From a virus (Duplodnaviria; Caudoviricetes), in IMG/VR virus record IMGVR_UViG_2524614649_000001: 64,000 nucleotides of DNA; one strand, written 5' to 3'. This document shows positions 53,785-61,331 of the stretch, one piece after another. Below the pieces are notes generated by a model. The model was not told the origin of the DNA. It saw only the letters and a program-made list of their open reading frames with translations, and ran no database searches. Numbering within the stretch: position 1 is the stretch's first letter; each line of letters begins with the position of its first letter. The translations under genes and the position numbers were made by a program.

Positions 53785-55008
53785 ATGACAATCGACGAAC
53801 GCCTGAAGGACTACGCCACGCCCGCACAGGCCCGCTACATCGACGCCGTCAACGAGGCTGGCAGTAAGCGGGCTGCGGCTCGCCTGCTGGGCGTCCACCG
53901 TCGCATGATCGACAAGGGTCTCGCGGCGGTCGAGCTGAAGGCCAGCCGCGCGGGCTACGCGCCCTCGCACGGTCTCGACTATCCGGCGCCGCCGGGGCGC
54001 TTCGTCCCCAAGACGACGGTCCACTTCAAGAACGGCCAGAAGGTCGAGGAGTGGGTGCGGTTCGCGATCGACGACGAGCAGTTCATCGGCTCGGTCAAGG
54101 ACGCGATCACGGCGTTCTGCGAGGAAGCACCGAAGATCGAGCCGATCGGCACGGTCCCCAGCGCGCTCCAGTGCAACTCCGACGTCATCCCTTGGATCAA
54201 CATCGGCGACGCCCACTTCGGCATGATCGCTCACGCCAGCGAAGTCGGCTTCGACTTCAACCTGCAGATCGCCGAAGCCGAGATGAAGGCCGGGATCGGC
54301 CAGGTGATCGACGAGCTGCCCTATTACGACCGCCTCGTCATTCAGGACATGGGCGACTTCACCCACTACGAGAACACCAGCAAGGTCACCGAGCGCAGCC
54401 GTCACTCGCTCGACGTCGATGGCACCATGCCGCAGCTGATCGAGGTCTACACGCGCACGATGCGCTGGATCATCGAGAAGGCGCTGACCAAGGCCAAGGT
54501 GGTTGACGTCATCATCAACCAGGCGAACCACAGCCGGTCGAACGACTGGTGGATGGCCCAGCTCCTGCGCGCGGTCTACGGCGAGAGCGGGCGCGTCAAC
54601 GTCATCGACAACAGCTCGCCCTTCATCGCCTACCGCATGGGCAACGTGCTGGTGCTCTGTCACCACAGCGATCTCGTGAAGCCCAAGGGGCTGGCCGACA
54701 TCATGACCTGCGATTTCCGCAAGGACTATGGCGAGACGCTGTTCCACTACGTCGACATCGGCCACGTCCACCACGAGATGGTCGTCAAGCAGCACCCGTC
54801 GGTGCGCGTCGAGAGCTTCAACCAGCTGGCCCGGCCCGACAAATATGCGTTCGAGGGTGGCTGGCGGAACCGCAATTCGCTGACTGTCGTCTTCCGTTCG
54901 AAGACCTTCGGCGAGATCGGCCGGCGCGTGCTGCCGATCGAGGAGCTGCAGACGCGGCTCTACGGCAAGCCGCTGGAAGCGCAGCGTACGATCCACCGCG
55001 TCGCCTAA
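53785..55008 (+). CDS. HTH-fused calcineurin-like metallophosphoesterase inserted in the tail module
   Basis: N-terminal GSKRAAARLLGV; GDAHFG, DMGDFTH, ANHS, HHSD, GHVHH motifs. Confidence 0.8.
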   Translation: MTIDERLKDYATPAQARYIDAVNEAGSKRAAARLLGVHRRMIDKGLAAVELKASRAGYAPSHGLDYPAPPGRFVPKTTVHFKNGQKVEEWVRFAIDDEQFIGSVKDAITAFCEEAPKIEPIGTVPSALQCNSDVIPWINIGDAHFGMIAHASEVGFDFNLQIAEAEMKAGIGQVIDELPYYDRLVIQDMGDFTHYENTSKVTERSRHSLDVDGTMPQLIEVYTRTMRWIIEKALTKAKVVDVIINQANHSRSNDWWMAQLLRAVYGESGRVNVIDNSSPFIAYRMGNVLVLCHHSDLVKPKGLADIMTCDFRKDYGETLFHYVDIGHVHHEMVVKQHPSVRVESFNQLARPDKYAFEGGWRNRNSLTVVFRSKTFGEIGRRVLPIEELQTRLYGKPLEAQRTIHRVA

Positions 55009-55014
55009 TCCACA
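55006..55014 (+). promoter_or_regulatory. TAATCCACA box
   Basis: overlaps the TAA stop; 52 nt upstream of ATG 55058; TAG at +42. Confidence 0.7.
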
Positions 55015-55057
55015 ACACCACCGTGAGCCACCGCCGCGGCGGCGGCATAGCCTCGCC

Positions 55058-58000
55058 ATGCTGAAGATGATGCGTGGCGCAGGTGGCGGTGGTAAGGGTG
55101 GCGGCGGTGGCGACTTCACCCAGAAGCCCGACAACCTCCGTTCGGCCGATACCTTTGAGGGCCTGCTCGGCCTGTGCGCCGGTCCCATCAAGGGACCGGT
55201 TCGCGGCCTGAAGTCGATCCGCATCAACGGCACCCAGATCGAAGGCGAGAACGACGAGGAAAACTTCGAGGGCGCCGTGGCGGTTTTCGCCGACGGGGAC
55301 CCCATGAAGTTCCCGCAGATCGCGGACCTCAAGCTGGGCTCGGCAGGCGCCCCGGTGAACGTCGGCGTCGACATCAGCAACACCTATCCGGCGGGGACAC
55401 CTGGCCCGTGGGTCTCGCGCACGCTGAACAACACCAACGCCGAGGCGATCGACCTCCGCTTCATCGTCAACCAGCTCTACAAGCAGACGAAGAGCGGGGT
55501 GTTCGAGAACGTCCTGCATCTCGAAATCGAGATGAAACCGAGCGGCACCGCGACGTGGATCAACCCGTTCGCCTCCAACGGCAACACGACCCCCGATTAC
55601 AACCTGATCGGCTACGACACGACCGGCAAGGACAGTGGCCCGCTCAAGGTCATGGCGACGATGGCGGCGATGGACCGGCACACGGTCGGGCGTTCGACAG
55701 CCGACGGCATCTACCTGGCCGTCGCGGGCAAGACCTCCAGCCCCTATGTGACCGAGCTGCGCGTCAAGGTTCCCAACCAGGGCGTCTACGCTAACCGGAC
55801 GTGGGACGTCCGCGTCCGCCTGCGCGAGCCGGAAAGCATTGATGCTGACCCCAATTTCGAGAAGCGGCTCGTTTCGTGGGAGTCGATGGCCGCGGTCTAC
55901 GCCGGCCGGCTCGGCGAGCATGAGGACTGGCGGGCGCTCGCGTGGCTGCAAATCTACGGCAAGGCGAGCGACAACTTCAACGGCCTGCCCGCTATCGACG
56001 GCATCTACGACACGAAGATCGTCAGCGTTCCGCCGTTCGCGGTCTACAACCCCGACACGCGGGTCTACACCGGCGCGACGTGGGACGGCTCGTGGACGAA
56101 GGCCTACACCAACGACCCCGCGTGGGTGATCTACGATCTCGTCACCGACAACATCTCGGGGCTGGCCGCGTTCGTTCCGACGGCGACACTCAACAAATGG
56201 GACGCGCTCGAGCTTTCCAAATGGTGCTCGACGCAGGTCCCGGACGGGAAGGGCGGGCTGCACCCGCGCTTCTCGCTCAACATCTACATCGACCAGTCGC
56301 AGCGGTCGGACGAGCTGGTCCGCTTCCTCGCCGGGTCGTGCGGTGCCACCGCCTGGGACAACGGCAACGGCGAATGGCGCGTTCGCGTCGACAAGCCGCA
56401 AATCCCCGCCGCGATCTTCACGCATGAGAACATCGAGGGCGAGTTCGCCTACAGCCACACCGACGTCGACACCCGGTTCAACGAGGTCACCGTCGTCTTC
56501 CTCAACGAGGAGTTCGACTATCGCGAGGACTGGATCAGGGTCCAGCATGACGCGGACATCGCCAAGCACGGCCGGCGCCCGACGCGCCTGGTTGCTGTCG
56601 GCTGCACCAATCGCCAGCAGGCGCTGCGCTGGGCGGTCCAGCGCATCCGCACGAACCTCAACGAGTTCCGGATGGTCACCTTCACGACCAACCGGCAGGG
56701 CAAATATCTGGAGCGGTTCGACCACATCCTCGTCGCCGACGGTTCGCTCAACGAGGTTGGCGACAGCGAGGTGCGGCGCACCACCGGCCGCATCGTCGAC
56801 AAGATCGGCTCGATGGTCGAGGTCCGGGACCCGATCCGGCTCGAGGTCGGCGTGAACTACAAGCTCCGCACGACCATGCCGAACCCGGACTACAACCCGG
56901 AGCCCACGGCCGAGCCGACCGACCCCACCTGGTCGCAGCCGACGATCACCGTGACACGCGACATTCTGAACGATGCCGGGCAGCGCGGGGACGTCACCGA
57001 GCTTTATCTCGACAGCCCGTTCCCGGACACCGTCGCCGAGAACGCCAACGTCGCGCTCGAAGCCGTCGGTCTCCCGTCGATCCCGCGCGTCTATCGCGTG
57101 CTCGACATCGACTACAACAGCGACAACGAGCACATCTCGATCGCGGCCATCGAAGTCGACACCGGCAAATGGGCCGCAGCCGACGAGGCGACGGACGACA
57201 ATCTCCAGCAGGTGCTCGACGATACGGTCCCGCCGGTCGTGCTTCCGGTCGGTGGCATGTTCACGCTGTCCACCTTCACCGGGGAGTTCGGCATCAAGCG
57301 CATGCTGATCGCGAACTGGGAGCGTCCGGACAGCGCCAGCTTCGACAAGTATCGCCTCGAATATCGCTTCAACCAAGGCCCGTGGCAGGACATGGGCTAC
57401 CAGCGCGACGATTTCTGGGAACTGGCCGAGCCGCAGGTCGGCCGCCACGAGCTGCGCGTCTATGCCGTCGCCCGCCGCGGCTTCGAAAGCCTGCCGACGG
57501 GTGACAACATCGCGGTGCCCGACCTGCCCAGCAGTCTGGCGGTGAGCTACGGTCCCTCGGCGGTGACCGCGCTCTACGACTACACTGGCGCGACGCCGCA
57601 GGACCTGCCCAAGGACTTGCTCTACAAACTGCAGGCCAACGGGATCGAGCTGGCCGAGGTGTCGTGGGATTACCGGGTCACTGACGGCAGCGTGAACGGC
57701 TTAACGCCTGCCTCCGGCTGGCATGCCCTGCCGCAGGAAGGTGGTATTGGCACGCTCACGCTGACGAGCGTCGAAGTGACGGACAGCCAGGTCGAGGTCC
57801 GGGGGACCGCCGCGGCCGGAGGTTCCGCATCGGAAGCCGTCGCTGTCACGAGAGCACTGGCCGATCCGCCTGCGAGCGCGGGCGTCGGCGCCACGCAGTC
57901 CAGCGGTTTCAACGTCATCAACACCCCGGGCTCCAGCTTCCAACCGGTCACGGCTGATTTGGACGTGTCGATCGGCGCGGGCAAGACGCAGGCCAACATC

Positions 58001-58192
58001 AACATCAGCCTGGCCCCGTTGATGAGCAAGCTGTCGGACAACGACGGGCCTTGGGACATCGAATACAAAGTGCAGCGCCTGGTCGGCGGCGTTTGGACCG
58101 ACGTCGGTGCGCTCCAGCACTCCAGCCCTGACCCCTACATCGATTACCTCGCCACCGGCACCGGTGGCGGGGGTGGAGGATTGATCCCTTGA
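55058..58192 (+). CDS. central tail fibre / tip attachment protein J
   Basis: GAGGGGK...PDNLRS...GPIKG...YTNDPAWV.YDL...PRFSLN...N..G.F.YS...RFNEV.V.F...GCTNRQQA.R. Confidence 0.92.
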   Translation: MLKMMRGAGGGGKGGGGGDFTQKPDNLRSADTFEGLLGLCAGPIKGPVRGLKSIRINGTQIEGENDEENFEGAVAVFADGDPMKFPQIADLKLGSAGAPVNVGVDISNTYPAGTPGPWVSRTLNNTNAEAIDLRFIVNQLYKQTKSGVFENVLHLEIEMKPSGTATWINPFASNGNTTPDYNLIGYDTTGKDSGPLKVMATMAAMDRHTVGRSTADGIYLAVAGKTSSPYVTELRVKVPNQGVYANRTWDVRVRLREPESIDADPNFEKRLVSWESMAAVYAGRLGEHEDWRALAWLQIYGKASDNFNGLPAIDGIYDTKIVSVPPFAVYNPDTRVYTGATWDGSWTKAYTNDPAWVIYDLVTDNISGLAAFVPTATLNKWDALELSKWCSTQVPDGKGGLHPRFSLNIYIDQSQRSDELVRFLAGSCGATAWDNGNGEWRVRVDKPQIPAAIFTHENIEGEFAYSHTDVDTRFNEVTVVFLNEEFDYREDWIRVQHDADIAKHGRRPTRLVAVGCTNRQQALRWAVQRIRTNLNEFRMVTFTTNRQGKYLERFDHILVADGSLNEVGDSEVRRTTGRIVDKIGSMVEVRDPIRLEVGVNYKLRTTMPNPDYNPEPTAEPTDPTWSQPTITVTRDILNDAGQRGDVTELYLDSPFPDTVAENANVALEAVGLPSIPRVYRVLDIDYNSDNEHISIAAIEVDTGKWAAADEATDDNLQQVLDDTVPPVVLPVGGMFTLSTFTGEFGIKRMLIANWERPDSASFDKYRLEYRFNQGPWQDMGYQRDDFWELAEPQVGRHELRVYAVARRGFESLPTGDNIAVPDLPSSLAVSYGPSAVTALYDYTGATPQDLPKDLLYKLQANGIELAEVSWDYRVTDGSVNGLTPASGWHALPQEGGIGTLTLTSVEVTDSQVEVRGTAAAGGSASEAVAVTRALADPPASAGVGATQSSGFNVINTPGSSFQPVTADLDVSIGAGKTQANINISLAPLMSKLSDNDGPWDIEYKVQRLVGGVWTDVGALQHSSPDPYIDYLATGTGGGGGGLIP

Positions 58193-58356
58193 CCCGTAAA
58201 ACCTTCGCCGGGAACATGAGCGTCGTCGTGAACGACACCGGCTTGCCGTCGAGCACCACCCAGAAATATCGGGTGGTCGCGCGGATTGCCACGAACAACC
58301 CCAGCGCGGGCGCCAGCCTGTCGCTCACGGGCAAGGTGGAGATCACCGTCCCGTGA
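58189..58356 (+). CDS. 55-aa ORF in the -1 frame, apparent continuation of J (not in ORF track)
   Basis: TTGA overlap with the J stop, GGAGGA 8 nt upstream, ...TQKYRVVAR...LTGKVEITVP; GTGA overlap with the next gene. Confidence 0.6.
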   Translation: MTRKTFAGNMSVVVNDTGLPSSTTQKYRVVARIATNNPSAGASLSLTGKVEITVP

Positions 58357-58781
58357 CGCGCTATCTGATCGAGAAGGACGGCGAGCGCCAGAACGTCACG
58401 AGCCTCGACGGCTACGACGATTGGGTCTTGGTCGATGAAGTCGATTGGCAGACGCCGGTCGAGGTCCGCCGCGAGAACCGCTGGCGGGAGGTCAAGGTGC
58501 TGCGCGCCGAGCGCGAGGACGCGCCGATCGAGACCTCGATTGGCCTCGTCCAGGCGGACGCAGCGTCGCGCGAGCGGCTGCGCTCGCTGGCCTTGTTGCC
58601 CGAGGTCGAGCTGAAGACGGCGGACAACCGGATCGTCACGCTGCCTGGCGCTGCTGTGGCGGGGGTGAACGTCATGATCGCCGAACGGCTGGCCGCCATC
58701 CACGCCCGCGCGCAGCAGCTGCGCGAGGAGATCGAGGCGTCGGACGATCCCGAGGCCATCGACATCGAGGCGGGCTGGTGA
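58353..58781 (+). CDS. DUF4376-like tail fibre assembly protein
   Basis: W.EVK.LR..RE...QADAASRERL...TADN..V.L...H.RAQ.LR..I.A...I...GW. Confidence 0.75.
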   Translation: MTRYLIEKDGERQNVTSLDGYDDWVLVDEVDWQTPVEVRRENRWREVKVLRAEREDAPIETSIGLVQADAASRERLRSLALLPEVELKTADNRIVTLPGAAVAGVNVMIAERLAAIHARAQQLREEIEASDDPEAIDIEAGW

Positions 58782-59137
58782 ACGACGAGCCGCTTCTGTT
58801 GGAGGCGCTCTGCGACGAGCGCGAGGGGCGCGGCCTGTTCCGCGTCTACCAGCCGTTCTCGTTCACGACATCGTGGGGGTTCGTGGTCGTCGTGCCTGCG
58901 GGCTACGTCACCGACCTGTGCTCGGTCCCGTCGTTCGCCCGCGCTTGGGTTCCGACGTCTGGCCGCGTCTCGAAGGCGGCGGTCCTGCACGATTGGCTGC
59001 TGGATCAGGGCTGCAGCGAAGCCCATCGGGTGTTCAATGAGGCGCTCGAGGTGGCCGGCGTGAAGCCGACCACCCGTCGCATCTTGGTTACAGCTGTTCG
59101 GCTGTGGGCTTGGTATAGACGTTTTCAGCGCGCATGA
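58778..59137 (+). CDS. DUF1353-family protein
   Basis: VVPAGYVTDL.SVP...KAAVLHDWL. Confidence 0.85.
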   Translation: MNDEPLLLEALCDEREGRGLFRVYQPFSFTTSWGFVVVVPAGYVTDLCSVPSFARAWVPTSGRVSKAAVLHDWLLDQGCSEAHRVFNEALEVAGVKPTTRRILVTAVRLWAWYRRFQRA

Positions 59138-60026
59138 TGTCGTCGATCGCCGCGTAGAGATCGTCGAGCGTGCCGTGGTTGCTGATGACATAGTCGGGAT
59201 TGAGCAGGTCCGTGCGCTCGCTCGGATGCACACCCCACATCGACCCGAAGACGTCGTAGAGGAACTTGCCGAGCTTGTGCTTGAACGCCACCGGACCCTT
59301 GCCCGGGCGTTCGATCATGATCGTGAAGCCCTTCAGCTCGTCCTGGATCGCCCGCTCTTCGTTCGGAAAGCGAACGCTGTCGTTCATCGACCGCGGCACG
59401 CCTTCGCCCTCGACCGCCCAGCAGCGCGCCCACAGGTCGTTGTTGACCAGCTCGCGCCCCCACTCGGTGCCGAGCGTGATCTGCGCGCGACGACTGGTGA
59501 TGCCGAGGCACGGGATCACCTCTTCCTTCAGGTCGCCCGTCAGGTAGCGATCGATCAGCACGTCATCCATCTTGAACCGCCGCAGCAGCGTGCGGAGCAT
59601 GTCGCGCAGCGGCTCGGCGATGTGCCGGCGCTGGTAGCCATACTGGCTCTCGATGTAATTCGCCGCCTCGGTCTTGCCCGTTCCGGCGAAGCCCGACAGC
59701 CCGATCGCCGACGGCCCCATGAACTGGTAGCGAGCCCAGCTGTCGTCGCTGCCCGGCGTGCTGACGTAGATCGAGCCGTCGAAGCCGGTCGTGCGAGCCG
59801 CCAACGCCTCGCCAATGGCGACGGTGTCGTCGAAGTTGCCCTCGTCGAGGTTCGCAAGCAGCGCCAGCCGCTCACGATCCGCCTCGGCGTGGATGCCGGT
59901 GAAGTCCGCGTAGAAGCGGGGAGCCTGACTGGCGAAGGCCGCGAAGCCTTCGTCTATGCCAGCGTCGACGCCCTTTTTCGGTGCAGGGACGGGCATGGCG
60001 AACCCGCCTTGGTTCGCCGCGCTCAT
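59088..60026 (-). CDS. deoxynucleoside monophosphate kinase-like protein with N-terminal extension
   Basis: [40 protein letters not shown]. Confidence 0.85.
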   Translation of the reverse strand: MSAANQGGFAMPVPAPKKGVDAGIDEGFAAFASQAPRFYADFTGIHAEADRERLALLANLDEGNFDDTVAIGEALAARTTGFDGSIYVSTPGSDDSWARYQFMGPSAIGLSGFAGTGKTEAANYIESQYGYQRRHIAEPLRDMLRTLLRRFKMDDVLIDRYLTGDLKEEVIPCLGITSRRAQITLGTEWGRELVNNDLWARCWAVEGEGVPRSMNDSVRFPNEERAIQDELKGFTIMIERPGKGPVAFKHKLGKFLYDVFGSMWGVHPSERTDLLNPDYVISNHGTLDDLYAAIDDIMRAENVYTKPTAEQL

Positions 60027-60847
60027 ACCGCCACCTCCGCTTTGATCGGAGGATGCGGATCGTAGCCGATCAGCTCGAAGTCCTCGAACGAGTAAGTGTG
60101 GACCTCGTTCACCGTCTCACGGATTTTCAAATAGGGCGACAGGCGAGGCGTGCGCGCCAGCTGTTCAACCGCCTGTTCGACGTGGTTATTGTAAAGGTGG
60201 ACGTTGCCGCCGGTCCAGATGAACTCGCCTACCCGCAGACCGACCTGGTCTGCGATGATGTGCGTCAGCAGCGCGTACGACGCGATGTTGAACGGGACCC
60301 CGAGGAACATGTCCGCCGACCGCTGGTAGAGCTGGCAGTTCAGCTTGCCGTCATTCGTCACGTCGAACTGGAACAGGCAGTGGCACGGCGGCAGCGCCAT
60401 CTCGTCGACCTGCGCCGGGTTCCACGCCGTGACGATGTGGCGACGGCTGTCGGGGTTCTCGACCAGACTGATGATCACGTCGTCGATCTGGTCGATCACG
60501 CCGTCATCGCAGAAGCCGATCGGACCCGCCGGCCAGCTGCGCCACTGCGCGCCATAGACCGGACCAAGCTCGCCGTTCTCGTCGGCCCACTCGTCCCAGA
60601 TATGCACGCCCGCTTCCTGAAGGCTGCGGACGTTGGTCTCGCCGCGCAGGAACCAGAGCAGCTCCTCGACGACGCCCTTCCAGAAGACACGCTTCGTGGT
60701 CAGCAGCGGGAAGCCCTGCTGCAGGTCGAAGCGCATCTGGGCACCGAAGAGGGCGCGGGTGCCGACGCCAGTGCGGTCGGTGCGCTTCTCCCCGTCCCGA
60801 AGGACGCGGAGCAGCAGCTCGCTATAGGTGCGGTCGTGCTGGCTCAC
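60023..60847 (-). CDS. thyA: thymidylate synthase
   Basis: [59 protein letters not shown]. Confidence 0.97.
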   Translation of the reverse strand: MSQHDRTYSELLLRVLRDGEKRTDRTGVGTRALFGAQMRFDLQQGFPLLTTKRVFWKGVVEELLWFLRGETNVRSLQEAGVHIWDEWADENGELGPVYGAQWRSWPAGPIGFCDDGVIDQIDDVIISLVENPDSRRHIVTAWNPAQVDEMALPPCHCLFQFDVTNDGKLNCQLYQRSADMFLGVPFNIASYALLTHIIADQVGLRVGEFIWTGGNVHLYNNHVEQAVEQLARTPRLSPYLKIRETVNEVHTYSFEDFELIGYDPHPPIKAEVAV

Positions 60848-61230
60848 AGCTGCACCTCCGGCCGGAAGTAATCCGGCTGCGCGGCCACCTTCTTGCGAAG
60901 CGGGATCGAGCAGAGGAACTTGACCGAGCCATCGCGGTGCGTGGCCATCGTGTGGGTCCCGGCGCAGAAGCGTTCGCGGGCCAAGGCCACGCCCGGCTCC
61001 TCGTTGTCCCAGCGGTCGGCGCAGCGCGAGCTGGCGACGAAGAACGGACGCAGGTCCGGACGACCTTCACCACCCCAACGCTCGACGTTCTGGACGGCAG
61101 CGTCGGGGTTCTCGTCGATCACTTCCCAGACGTCCTTGACGTCAAAGCCCAGGTTGTTGGCGACTTTGTAAGGCGAGCGAACGCGACGATACTCGGCGAT
61201 CACTTCGGCCTTCTGTTCGGGGGTAAGCAA
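60844..61230 (-). CDS. protein with N-terminal HTH
   Basis: [20 protein letters not shown]; TTG start with GGAG SD. Confidence 0.65.
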   Translation of the reverse strand: MLTPEQKAEVIAEYRRVRSPYKVANNLGFDVKDVWEVIDENPDAAVQNVERWGGEGRPDLRPFFVASSRCADRWDNEEPGVALARERFCAGTHTMATHRDGSVKFLCSIPLRKKVAAQPDYFRPEVQL

Positions 61231-61261
61231 AACGGGTCTCCTTTGTTGCGGAGACCCGTTT
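61230..61261 (-). promoter_or_regulatory. 12-bp hairpin sequestering the SD of the HTH gene
   Basis: AAACGGGTCTCC / GGAGACCCGTTT; the arm next to the start contains the SD and reaches the first base of TTG. Confidence 0.6.
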
Positions 61262-61297
61262 GCAAATCCCGACTCTTCAATGCCATCGAAGAGGATG

Positions 61298-61314
61298 TTG
61301 TGACTAGGTCACAA
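61298..61314. promoter_or_regulatory. GTGAC-N3-GTCAC palindromic site (extended)
   Basis: TTGTGAC-TAG-GTCACAA. Confidence 0.75.
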
Positions 61315-61331
61315 GGACAGTTGGCTAAGGG

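Noticed and set aside
60023-60847. Thymidylate synthase as a dCMP/dUMP hydroxymethylase for modified DNA
   Set aside because: All canonical ThyA motifs are present, including PFN (dUMP-specifying Asn).
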